Of a stretch of 64,000 nucleotides of DNA, positions 13,666 through 25,739 are shown piece by piece. Each line of letters begins with the position of its first letter. Position 1 is the first letter of the stretch. Made by a program: the position numbers and the translations under genes. The notes beneath the pieces are model-generated. The model was not told where the DNA came from and ran no database searches. It was given only the letters and a program-made list of their open reading frames with translations. The stretch spans positions 4,960,001 to 5,024,000 of the forward strand of contig NC_089432.1 of the NCBI RefSeq assembly GCF_026210795.1. The letters run 5' to 3'. The DNA comes from Rhizophagus irregularis. Taxonomy: Eukaryota.

Positions 13666-14109
13666 CGTACAATGTAAAATCTATCCACTGAAATAAACGT
13701 AATCTTATGTGTTCTTACATCATTGAAGCTAGTATTGTTTCTAGCGCAATTTTATTACTAAATCTGAAAAAGCAAAATGAAATTATTTTCAATATTTATT
13801 TGAATACTAAGTTTAGTTACACGTAATTTTAATGATTTTTTTTTTTTTTAAAAAAAAAGTGATAATTTACATAATAATCTTTCTATTTTCTACGCGTTAA
13901 TATTTTACATTAATTTCATCTTGGTATAAACGATTCTTTGATTAAAAATCTGCTAAACAATACTTTTCACAGATGAGTTGCTAAATATTAAAAATTTAAA
14001 TTACCTCGTTGATAACTTTTGATGATGTCATTATTACGGTCCTGCGGTTGATGGACAAATTGTTTGTTTGGTGGTACGCGGCAATAATCGGAGAATAATT
14101 TGCACAAAA

Positions 14110-16323
14110 GGAAAAAAAAAAACAACTCTTTCCCGTGGGAACCAAAATTCTTAGAATTCCGCAGTAAGACTAGTAAAATATTAATAAAAATTTAAATTTT
14201 TTGCTTTTTCTTACAAAAAATTATAATAAAATGGAGTCATACCGGGGACAAGAGGAGTTCGAAGAACAGCTCTTAAGAGATGTCAAGACTTTTGTAACAA
14301 AAAACTTCAAAGAAGCTCAGTTACGACAAAAAGAGGAGCTGGACGATACCTTCGATAAAATTTTTTTCAGGACGCTTAAAACCCACAGGCTACTAGTCAA
14401 AATTAGTGAGATAACAGGTATAAAGGGTGAAAATGTTGAAATAATAGCAAGAAGTATAATGAGGTTTGCATATAGAATACAAAATAACGACGTTCAAAAT
14501 ATTGGAAAACAAAATTCTCGCCTTCGTTCATGGCTGCGCCAAGCGCAGCAAAAAAAAAATCTGACACATGATACAATGCTAAATGCAGAAATTGATAGCG
14601 AGTTAAAACACCAATCAAACACGTCCAAGAACAAGGAAAAAAGCAAAAAAAAGAAAAACGTAAAAAAAATTAAAAATAGAATAGTTCAGGAGATTGTACT
14701 TCCAACAAAAGCCGATCAGGTCCCAGGTTAGGAGGCGCAAGGAACTCGGTCACGTGACATGCTTTTTTATGATATTCCAGTACGCTATAGCGAGACAGAA
14801 GTATGCAACGCAATTAAACAATTAGGAACGGTGCATAGAATTACAATAAAAAAACATTATAAATATCAATCGATGAAAGCCGAGATTTCATTATTAGAAG
14901 AATACGAAGATTCGTTCGTGAAAGGAGCGTGGAAAGAAAAGATACTGATTGGAAGCAACGAAAAAAATAAAAAAGTCATTGATGTCCGTTGGTTCCATGG
15001 AGACAAGACAGTAAAAGACATAAAGGAAAAATGCAAGTGGAAAGCCTACAAAGTGATTCAAACGAATTACTACCAAGACATAGCGAGAAATAACTTCACC
15101 TTCGAATTTGGAAAAACAGCGTGTTTTGGAAATAAGACGGTTTTCTTAGCATATTTCAAAAATAAAGAACAACTCGAAGCAGCGATCGCCATGGATAAAA
15201 GTATGGATAACAAATGGGTAATACATGGAAGACGCAATGAGAGTATGGTGAAAATAGCCTCAAAAGAGGTGACAGTCAGATCTCTCATAAGCACATCCCC
15301 GGGAAAAACTAACAAAGTAATATCTATTAACAACCATGGATCAACATCAGCTACGCCTAATACTGTCATCCATACAACCACAGAAGAAGTAGTAGATACT
15401 GTTAACAAATACAGGAAGAATTTGCTGGATGAAACCGAAACACCTATTCATCCATCAGTAACGCCTACGATAAAAGGTTACACTTCACCGGAGAATGTGG
15501 TTAAGATTATTAAAGAATATAGAGGAGAAGTATTTACAGAACATGAAAAAGCACTGATTCAAGAAGAAATTCTTAAAGACTTATCGGAGAAAGAGGAGAA
15601 AGAGGCAATGATTGAAAGAAGAAGAGAAGAGCTTACATTAGAGTTTAAAGCGTACGCTCAAAGAATGGAAGAAAGAAGGGAAAAAAAAGAGGAAGAAAAA
15701 GGAAAACCGATAAGTAAAATCGTTACGCCTGTGGAATTACATGAATTTGCCAAAGTCAACGCTGATTGTACAGAAAGACTACAAAAGGAGAGTGATCGTC
15801 CATATACGCTCTCAAACAATAATCCCTTTTTAAAGGAAGAAGAAGACAAGTCACCTTTATCAGAGTCTTCGGACGATGATGAATGTTTAAAAGATGTCAA
15901 AAAGCGTATAAAGAAGAAACAAGGCGCAAGAAGTAGTGATTCGGAAGAAGATTCAACCATAGATAGCTTGAGCGAAGTCGAAAGGAAGACGGAACTCCAA
16001 CCTGAAACTAAACCCGATACTGATAAAATAAATAAAACACCCCTGGAAGGTTTTAGTAGAGGGTTAAAAAAGGGTAGGAGTAGAATTAAAAAAAAGTAGA
16101 TTAGGATAGTTTTCATACAGATGTAATAATTTTATTTTAGTTTATCTTTGGTTATGTTTATCCGCGCCTTGGTTAGATAACCCATGGCTTTGGTATGGAG
16201 GGGTTCAAGATTGTATGATCTTGAATTTCAAGTATTGTTGTTATAAATTATTATGTATTTGTGATGCGTTACTTTTACTATTAAAATTACTATATACGTT
16301 TACCAAAAAAAAAAAAAAAAAAA
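14110..16323 (+). mobile_element. Non-autonomous ORF1-only non-LTR retroposon, family A copy A1
   Basis: 16-bp TSD AATAATTTGCACAAAA (14094-14109, 16324-16339); poly(A) at ~16305-16325 after ATTAAA; the paralogous K5 promoter (~29445-29465) shows the empty site; no RT. Confidence 0.9.
14231..16099 (+). pseudogene. ORF1/Gag-like protein (helical N-terminus, two RRM-like segments, charged C-terminus) with one in-frame TAG at 14729-14731
   Basis: ORFs 14201-14731 and 14759-16099 share a frame; SRDMLFYDIP..AIKQLGTVHRI resembles the start of an RRM; homologous to the ORFs in A2 and A3. Confidence 0.7.
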
Positions 16324-16437
16324 AATAATTTGCACAAAATACTTAATTGGGGTTATTTTCGTTTCTGTGCGCAATACAACCTTGACCATTCAATTTTATC
16401 ATTTTTTACCCTTTTTCTGTTAATATTATTATTAAAT

Positions 16438-18754
16438 ATGTCTGATAATAAACAAATGAAAAATACAGAAAATACAAATGAATGGATTAACTGGATTGAA
16501 GAAGCTGTTGATAAAGAACATTTAAATTATTATCAATACAACCAATTTACTAACATTCAAGAAATTGGTACCGGAGGTTTCGGAAAAGTGTACCGTGCAA
16601 ATTGGAAAAATACAAAAAAACAATTAGCGTTAAAATCTTTTTTTAATCTTAATCACGTCACCATGAAAGAAATCGTTAGTGAGGTAATTTTATATAATAC
16701 ATTTTTTTTTTTTTACAATATTTTATTTTATCTAGCCTATATTATATTTATTTTTAATATTTGAATTTATTTAGTTAAAAATTCAACGTAAAGTTGATTT
16801 TCATAATAATATAATTCGCTGCTGTGGGATAACAAAATTTGAATCAGGTATTAATGAGATACTTTAATAAATAAAATATTCCAAATTTTATTCATAGAAT
16901 TACATCTCATTAATTATTTCTTTTTTTTTAGAAAATCAAATTAGCAATAATTATATGTTGGTAATGGAATACGCCGACGGTGGTAGTCTTTGAAACTATT
17001 TGGAAAAAAACTTTAGTAAGCTCACATGGGACGATAAATTAAATATGGCGTACCAATTAGCTTACGCTGTATCATGCTTGCATAATGAAGGAATCATCCA
17101 TCGTGACTTGGTAATTTACAAATCATTTATAATAATTTAGTTATAATAATATTATATTTCATTATTTATCTCATTTGCTTTTTCTAATTAATAGCATTCT
17201 GGCAATATATTAGTTCATCAAAACACGATCAAATTGGCAGATTTTGGGTTATCAAAAAGAATTGGAGAATCATCCAATTTCCAATCCAAATTATTTGGGA
17301 TGGTTCCATATGTTGATCCGAAAAGCTTTAACAAACGAAGAAATAATAATAATCAAATGTTTTCATTAAACGAAAAAAGTGATGTTTACAGTCTTGGCGT
17401 ATTATTATGGGAAATATCTAGTGGGAAACCTCCTTTTTATACTGAAGGTGAACAATATGATGTCAGTTTAATTTTGGATATTTCACAAGGTCATAGAGAA
17501 ACGGTTATTCCTGATACGCCCGATGATTATGTAGAAATTTATACTAGTAAGTAAAATTAATTTAAGTTTAACTAGAGTATTATTTTAATTAATCTGAAAA
17601 TTATATTTTTATTTGTTTTAGAATGTTGGGATGGTGAGCCTGATAATCGTCCTATCATATATCAAGTAGTTGATTTGTTAAAAGCAATGATTACAAAAAC
17701 AGATATAATAACGGAAAATCCTCAATTATCAAATGAACAAGAATTTAATGAGGTCTCCATAAGTACCAATAAATCGGAATCACAAGGAGATTTATCTTAA
17801 TTTATTCATTATTTTAATAAAATGAATACAAAAGAAATTGAAGATATCATGGCTGTACCAAATGAGCAAGAGAAACTTTCAGCTAAAAAAGTTTTTAACA
17901 GAGTAGTTGATGAAACAAATGATCTAATTTTTAAATTAGCAAATAAAGGAATTGAATGGAAATTAATAAAAAAGGAAGTTATTGAATATTTTAATAATTA
18001 TAATACAAATTCACAAGAAATTTATAATTGGTTATCAAATAATCAAAATAATTCAAATTCAATTTTTTTACTTGGATATTTTAATTATTTTGAAATTGAG
18101 ACAAGTGAAAATAATGAGAAAGCATTTAAATTATTTATTAATGCATCAGAAAAAAATCATATATTAGCACAATTTTTTGTTGGTGAATGTTATAAAAATG
18201 GAAATGGAACTATAAAAAATGAAAAATTAACTTTGGAATATTTTGAAAAAGTGGCTGATAGAAATTATGCAATTGGACAATTAGAAGCTGGTTATTTTTA
18301 TAAAAATGGAATAGGTATTAAAAAAGATTTAAAAAAGGCTTTTTATTGGTATAAAAAAGCTGCAAATAATGGAAATATAATAGCCATGCATAATTTAGGT
18401 AATTGTTATTTACATGGAGAGGGTGCTGAAAAAGATTATAATAAAGCTTTTGAATTGTTCAAGAAATCAGCTGAAGAAAATTATTTTCGTGGAATAACAA
18501 TGTTAGGATATTGTTATGAAAGAGGTATTGGAACTAAAATTGATAAGCAAAAAGCATTTGAATCATATCAAAAATCGGCAAATTTAGGAAGTTTAGTAGC
18601 ACAATATAATGTTGGTATTATGTATGAAAGTGGAAAAGGAATTACAAAAGATATAAATAAAGCGATTTATTGGTATGAACAATCTGCCAAACAAGGATAT
18701 CAAGATGCACAAAATAAATTAGAAATACTTCAAAAAAAAATCAATAATTTATAA
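16438..18754 (+). pseudogene. Kinase plus Sel1 repeat gene K3, nonsense-disrupted
   Basis: Same exon structure as paralogs but TGA at 16991-16993 (CGA in paralogs) and TAA at 17798-17800 (CAA in paralogs). Confidence 0.88.
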
Positions 18755-18779
18755 TAAATTTTCTCTAAATATGATACTT

Positions 18780-19790
18780 TTTATCATTAAATAGTAAATC
18801 GTAAATCATTACATTATTTTTCTTTTATTTATTCAAATAGCGTAAGATATAATAAAAAAAAGAGTCATTATTATAATTTAATAATTATTCCTATTGACAG
18901 TATATTTTTTTTTATCATCAAGTTAGCTTGAATACTATATTTACTTGTATGGGATGTATTTAGATCCGATTTTCTGCAAAAAATAATTTTATTATTAGTG
19001 TAAGTTTCAATAATAAATTTTTAAACTTTACAAACTTCACAGAAGATACTACTTAATATTTTTCACTATCAGATGTTTTACAAATATTTTTTTGTTTTAT
19101 TATTCACAGTTTTCAAATTGTTTCTCATTTCTTCGCTTACGGGAAACAAGTTCATTTGAATGTTTTATACAAAGTTGATCATCCACTTGCGATTAAACTG
19201 TCAATAAAGAGACTTTAGGACTCTGTCTTGTACTTTTTAAGTGCTAACTTTCAAAACTTTTTCGTTGGAATTTTATAAAAGACACAAGACCCATTATTTC
19301 GCTTGCAAAAATCTCTTGCCATTGCAATTGAGAAGTTAAACCTAAAGTCAGATCTGTTAAACTTAGTTGAGAAAGAGTTATTAAGCCAGGACCCAGAAAT
19401 ATATATATATAGGGGTCAGGTGAAAAAAATTTTTTACTATGAGCTGTACGCATTTTTTCAGGGCCGGAATTATGATAATGTCAGTCGGTTACTATAATAG
19501 GAAATAAAATTCTGACTGGAATTATCAAAAACTATCATTTTTTTAGTTCAAAATACGTAAACTGAATGTAACATCGGTATCTATTTGTCGATCACATAAA
19601 ATTAAATCACATGACAAATCAATTTGCCAATCTATGTTTCCGTTTATTATGTCTAGATAGACGTGATTGCATCACATATCAAAAAGAACTTTTTACTTTT
19701 TAGACATATGCAACCTCATACAGCCTTTAGAAAAAGACTACACCATTCAAGGCCATCCATGCTAACAATTTATTCAACGAATGGAGAGCC
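18780..19790 (+). repeat. Downstream block duplicated at ~25510-26520
   Basis: Near-identical ~1 kb sequence after K3 and after K4, including the same truncated MITE; part of the tandem duplication unit. Confidence 0.85.
19387..19452 (+). mobile_element. Left-end fragment of the CAGGACCCAG MITE family (second copy at ~26111)
   Basis: Matches the first ~65 bp of the intact element at 41359-41910. Confidence 0.75.
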
Positions 19791-19967
19791 AAACCATATT
19801 TTCTACTCATAAATATTTACATCTTGATAAACGATTCTTTGATTAAAAATTTGCTAAACAATATTTTTCACAGATGAGTTACTAAAAATTAAAAAATTAA
19901 TTTACCTCGTTGTTGTTATAAATATAAAAATTATATTTATTTTAATAGGTATTCTCATGTCATTACT

Positions 19968-20226
19968 ACTATTAAACTACCCCCTAAAAAATTCCAAAAT
20001 AATCATGGCTAAAAAATTAAAAGAATTTCGTGCGACAATATGACTAGTTTGCACGAACATGTGAAAGTAAACAGTGACGAATAAGGAGGTGATAAAGTGA
20101 ATAAGATCTTGCCTACTAAAAAAACTAACAACTAAGTCCCTCAGATAAATAGGGGTGTCGGGGTGGGTGTGACAATGTGATGAATTAAAAGTATGTCACG
20201 TGATTGCGGAATTTTTCGGGCTAATC
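19968..20226. mobile_element. Mutator-like MITE (9-bp TSD) in the K4 promoter
   Basis: TSD GTCATTACT at 19959-19967 and 20227-20235; imperfect terminal inverted repeats; core homologous to 52573-52811. Confidence 0.7.
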
Positions 20227-20425
20227 GTCATTACTGTGGTACTGCGGTGATGTACAAATGGTGGTACACTAGTACCTGGTGACACTGTTCGGAGAATAAA
20301 GTCCATAAAATGCTTAAAATGGAGAGTTATTTTCGTTGCAGTGCGCAATAAAATTTTACAACCTTGACAACCTTGACCGTTCAATTTATATTTTTTAAAC
20401 TTTTTCCGTCAATATTATTATAAAT

Positions 20426-22691
20426 ATGTCCGATAATAAGCAAATGAAAAATACCGAAAATACAAATGAATGGATTAATTGGATCGAAGAAGCTATTGAT
20501 AAAGAACATTTGAATCATTATGAATATAACCAATTTACTAACATTCAAGAAATTGGTGCCGGAGGTTTCGGGAAAGTGTACCGCGCAAATTGGAAAAATA
20601 CAAAAAAACAATTAGCGTTAAAAACTTTTTTTAATCTTAATTATGTCACCATGAAAGAAATTGTTCGTGAGGTAATTTACTGTATATATAATATAAGATG
20701 TTTTTTAGCCTATATTATTATATTTTAATATTTGAATTTATGTTAGTTAAAAATTCAACGTAAAGTTGATTTCCACGATAATATTATTCGTAGCCATGGA
20801 ATAACAAAATTTGAATCAGGTATCATAAAGAGATTTTAATAAGTATTATATCTAAATTTTATTCACAAAATTTCATTCCAATTTTTTTTTTCAGACAACA
20901 AAATTGGTAATAATAATTATATAATGGTAATTGAATACGCTAACGGTGGTAGTCTTCGAAATTATTTGGAAAAAAACTTTAGTAGGCTTACATGGGACGA
21001 TAAATTAAATATGGCGTACCAATTAGCTTATGCTGTATCATGCTTGCATAATGAAGGAATCATCCATCGTGACTTGGTAATTTATTTATTATTAATTAAC
21101 CATTGTTCGTAATACTGTATTTGTATTTATTTATTTAATGTATTGTTTTAATAGCATTCCGGCAATATATTAGTTCATCAAAACATGATCAAATTGGCGG
21201 ATTTTGGGTTATCGAAAAGAATTGGAGAATCATCCAATTTCCAATCTAAATTATTCGGGATGGTTCCCTATGTTGATCCTAAAAGCTTTAACAAACGAAG
21301 AAATAATAATAGCCAAATATTTTCATTAAATGAAAAAAGCGATGTTTACAGTCTTGGCGTATTATTATGGGAATTATCTAGTGGGAAACCTCCTTTTTAT
21401 ACTGAAGGTGAACAATATGATGTTAGTTTAATTTTGGAAATTTCACAAGGTCTTAGAGAAACAGTTGTTCCTGACACGCCCGAAGAATATGTAAAAATTT
21501 ATACTAGTAAGTAAAATCTTAAATTTGTTATAATTTAAATATTGTTTAATTAATTATATTTGTGCTTTAGAATGTTGGGAGGGTGAGCCAGATAATCGTC
21601 CCACTACATATCAAGTAGTTGATTTGTTAAAAGCAATGATTACAAAAACAGATATAATTACGGAAAATCCTCCACTATTAAACGAGCAAGAATTTAGCGA
21701 GATTCATTTAAATACCAATAATTTGGAATCACAAGGAGAATTATCCCAACTTATTCAAAATTTCGATAAAATGAACACAAAAGAAATTGATAATAGAGCA
21801 GTATCAAATAAGCAAGTAAAACTTCCAACTGAAAAAGATTTTAACAGAATAGTTGATGAAACAAATGATTTAATTTTTAAGTTATATAATAAAGAAATTG
21901 AATGGTATTTAGTAAAAGAGCAAGTTATTGAATATTTTAATAAATATAATACAAATTCACAAGAAATTTATAATTGGTTATCAAATAATCAAAATAATTC
22001 AATTTCAATTTTTTTACTTGGATATTTTAATTATCTTGGAATTAAGACAAGCCGAAATTATGAGAAAGCATTTAAATTATTTATTAATGCATCAGAAAAA
22101 TATCATATATTAGCACAATCTTTTGTTGGTGAATGTTATCGATATGGACATGGAACTAAAAAAAATGAAAAATTAGCTTTTGAATATTATAAAAAAGTGG
22201 CTAATATTAATTTCACACGTGGACAACTTAGAATTGGTTATTGTTATGAAAATGGAATGGGTACTGAAAAAGATTTAAAAAAGGCTTCTTATTGGTATGA
22301 AAAAGCTGCAAATAATGGAAATATAATAGCAATGCATAATTTAGGTGGATATTATTTAAGGGGAGATGGTGTTGAAAAAGATTATAAGAAAGCTTTTGAA
22401 TTGTTTAAGCAATCAGCCGAAGGAGGACATTCAGGTGGAATTGTAATGTTAGGATATTGTTATGAAAAGGGTGTTGGAACTAAAATTGATAAGCAAAAAG
22501 CATTTTATTTATGTCAAAAATCAGCAGATTTAGGTTATGTGTCAGCACAATATAATCTTGGTGCTATGTATGAAAATGGAAATGGAATTACAAAAGATAT
22601 AAATAAAGCGATTTATTGGTATGAAAAATCTGCCAAACAAGGATATCAAAAAGCACGAAATAGATTAGAAATACTTCAAAAAAATAAATAA
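20426..22691 (+). CDS. Kinase plus Sel1-like repeat protein, copy K4, apparently intact
   Basis: Five exons as in paralogs; GAGGFG, ALK, HRDLHSGN, ADFGLS; no internal stops seen; Sel1 repeats in the last exon. Confidence 0.9.
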
Positions 22692-23499
22692 TTTATAATA
22701 GTAAATTACACTCCTGCGCAAAAAGTTTAGGACCACTCTATTTTTAATTATATTAAATAAAATTTTATTCTTAGTTTTTTTTAAAAAAAATTCTTTACAT
22801 TGTAATTTCTTGAATAAATATAAAAATTATCATATTGATATTTATAAATCATATAATACAAGATTTTTTTCTCAATGACGAATTTTTAACTTTTCAGTAG
22901 AGTGATTACAAAAAAATAAGTAATATAAGATTATATTTCAAATTTCGTAAAAATCGAATCAAGAAAGATCGACAATATACAGTATATATGAAAATCATTA
23001 TTTCGATAAAAAAACAACATTTTGGTAAAGAGCAGTTTATTGACAAAACGCGTAAATCAAAAAATAAGAAATACTTTAATCTACAAAGTCTTCAAAGTCA
23101 TATTTGTTTTAGGGTAATACAATAGATTACTATAATATTGTTGATTACGGTAGTGTTTCGTAGTATTATTTTTATTATCTTTGATGTTGTAGTAGTAATT
23201 AAAGGAGTTGTGGTGGGTTTTTATATAACATTACCGAAGACCATACGAATAGTAGTAGTTATGCGGATAGTTTAGTGAACCTATTTGGGTGAGCAGGATG
23301 GTAGATAGTTCTTTTGAACATAAAATCTTAAGTCCCTAATAATATTATAGTATTAGTTCGATCGTGTTCTTTACTAAATGTTATATAATGTAGATCTTTT
23401 CCTTTTTTGTAATTTTTCTTATTTCTAAATAAAGTTGACTTCGTTAAAAAAAAAAAATATATATAAATTGTTGATCCTTAATTTCTTGATAACTAACGT

Positions 23500-25410
23500 T
23501 TTTAATACATGGGATAACTTGCCACCGGGATAGTGAAAGAGTACAACAACACAACCGATTATATAATACTTTTTATTATAAGGATGAGGAAGTTTTGTTA
23601 AGAAAAATATTACGGAGTTCTTTGAACAGTATGCTTCAAGCGAGCGCAGCAACGATATAAAATCATGTGATCTGGAAGAGAAGATACGCAAATTGAAAAC
23701 TAAGGTAACCGACAAGGAACAAATAATATTGAAAGAGAGCAAGAGATAACAAGAAAGATGAATTTTTAGTGCATCAAATAGTACAAATGACAAAATTAGT
23801 GGAAAGTAAAAAGTTACGGAAATGGAAATTACAAAATTGGAAAATAGTAACAGGGAGTTAGAAGTTGATGTAACAGTCAAAGAACGAACAAATTTAGAGA
23901 AAGAAGAAGAAATTCGAGAACTAGAAAAGAAGAAGGAAATAGACACGAGTTTATCTAACAAAAAAGTTAAGGATAGCTTCAAGTCAACAATTTTGAACGA
24001 ATAAGCTGGAAATATTTTTGTTGAATACGTCGAGGAATCACATGTTGATGTGAAAAAAAGTGAGTCAACATTGTGCTCACTTGAAATTTTTCGTTAGGAA
24101 AGCCACTCGTGGAACGGTAGCTAATTGGGATAGTGTCCATATGATAATCATTTGTATGTATTTTAAAATGAATATCATTGGTGCCGATATTTCGATCGGC
24201 AAGTTTAAAAAGGAAACTTTTAGATCTGCGGATTTCGTATATCTTGTTACAACCAGCCCGATTAGGACTGGTTACATGAAATTTGTTGAACGAGATACGG
24301 AAGGTTTTTCATTATTTACTCTCATCTCTCTCGGAGGACTAAAGGTAAAGAAGAGACCACCGAGTGGTCCTCTCCCCTCAGGTTAAAGGGTTTTTCCAAA
24401 AAAAATTTATTTACTGCGGAATTTTAACAAAAAAACGGAAAGGGGAGAGAGTTTTTTTCTCGATTTTCATGGGTATTGGTCGGATGAAGAGAATTTATTA
24501 TCAAAGTATAGGTCACGTGGAGAGAATGAGCATAAAACGAAGTTATAAATATAAGTCGGTCAAGGCTTAAACTTCGCTTCACAATAATCTATGAAGGACC
24601 AATATCACAATTAACAAGAACGGTCATCAGCATTTTTTCCGGATGTTTGATTCTAAGTTAACACCACGGGAGATAAATAAAAAATTTTGTTGGCAAGCAT
24701 GTAAACAAATTTCTATGGGAAATGAGATAACGGATGGTGAAATTGTGAAAGAATACAACAAGAAATACGGAGGCTTTTTCGGAAAAGTTAGGATCAACAA
24801 ATTGAAATATATCTTAATATACTTTAACAACGAAAATGATATGATGAACGCGATATACAAATCAGGGATGGAAGATGAGTTAGGAAAAGGATTACAATTG
24901 ATCAAGATGAGCTTATAGGTAAGGACGGTAATTTCAGGTCTCGGAGGATCCACAAAACGAAGCCAGACAACAAGGTATCTGACAAGTCGAAAGATGAACA
25001 AACTCAAGATACAAGGAATAGGTTACGGGGTCCGAAGGAACTTGGAAATGACAAGGTTATAACTTTTAATAAATTGAGTGAGGTTTTTAGTGATAGAATA
25101 GATGAATTAACGATAATCAAAGGATATCAACGGATAAGTTATTAAAAGAAAAGAAAGATGAAAAGGTTATAAATGAAACAAAAAGCGTGTTGCGACAGGT
25201 CAGGTTACTAGGGGGATTGTGAGAGTGATAATGAATAAAATCTTTTAATGATAGATTATAGTACTATATTAGACGAGATTCAAATTAGCTTAGGTCTTCT
25301 ATAGTATAGATTCAAATTTTGTATTAGATACTTTATTAACATAATGTATGTATGTACGTTGACTTTGTGGTTGATTACTTTGGTAATTTTTTATGTTTAC
25401 TTAAAAAATT
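23500..25410 (+). mobile_element. Degraded family A retroposon, copy A3
   Basis: Peptides SIKRSYKYKSVKA and WQACKQ..KKYGGFF..KYILIYFNNENDMMNAIYKS match A2/A1; 3' end TATGTTTACT(A)n resembles the A1 end; boundaries approximate. Confidence 0.7.
24000..24460 (-). mobile_element. 5' fragment of a family B retroposon (B3) inside A3
   Basis: Minus strand begins GAAAAAAACTCTCTCCCC and encodes KFHVTSPNRAGCNKIYEIRRSKSFLFKL..IHTNDYHM, clearly homologous to the ORF at 47933-48616. Confidence 0.8.
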
Positions 25411-25739
25411 ATAATATATATTTTTTTTGAATATATAAATAAGAATAAAACTTTAATTAATATAATCAAAAATAAAATGGTCCTAAACTTTTTGCCCGGG
25501 AGTGTATTTCTAATCATTAAATCAAATCATAAATCAATTAAATAGTACACTACATTATTTTTTTTAATTTAAAAATAGCGTAAGATATAATAAATAAATC
25601 TTTAATAATCATTCTTATCGACAGTATATTTTTTATCATCAAGTTAACTTGAATATATATACTTGTATAGGAAGTATTTGGATCAGATTTTCTGCAAAAA
25701 GTTATTTTAATATTAGTGTAAGTTTCAATAATAAATTTT

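Larger units (their letters stand above)
22709..25504. mobile_element. Tc1/mariner-type non-autonomous element (TA TSD) carrying nested retroposon remnants
   Basis: TA|CACTCCTGCGCAAAAAGTTTAGGACCA... and ...TGGTCCTAAACTTTTTGCCCGGGAGTG|TA; imperfect TIR of ~60 bp; absent downstream of K3. Confidence 0.85.

Noticed and set aside
14729..14731. Programmed stop-codon readthrough in A1
   Set aside because: A single TGG-to-TAG or similar mutation is simpler; no evidence that the stop is conserved.
15070..16116. Antisense ORFs within A1 (also 23425-23982, 52395-52577, 52856-53074)
   Set aside because: Shadows of purine-rich sense coding sequence.
16330..16437. N-terminal hydrophobic extensions on K3 and K5 from upstream TTG starts
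   Set aside because: Not conserved among paralogs; the shared start is MSDNK.
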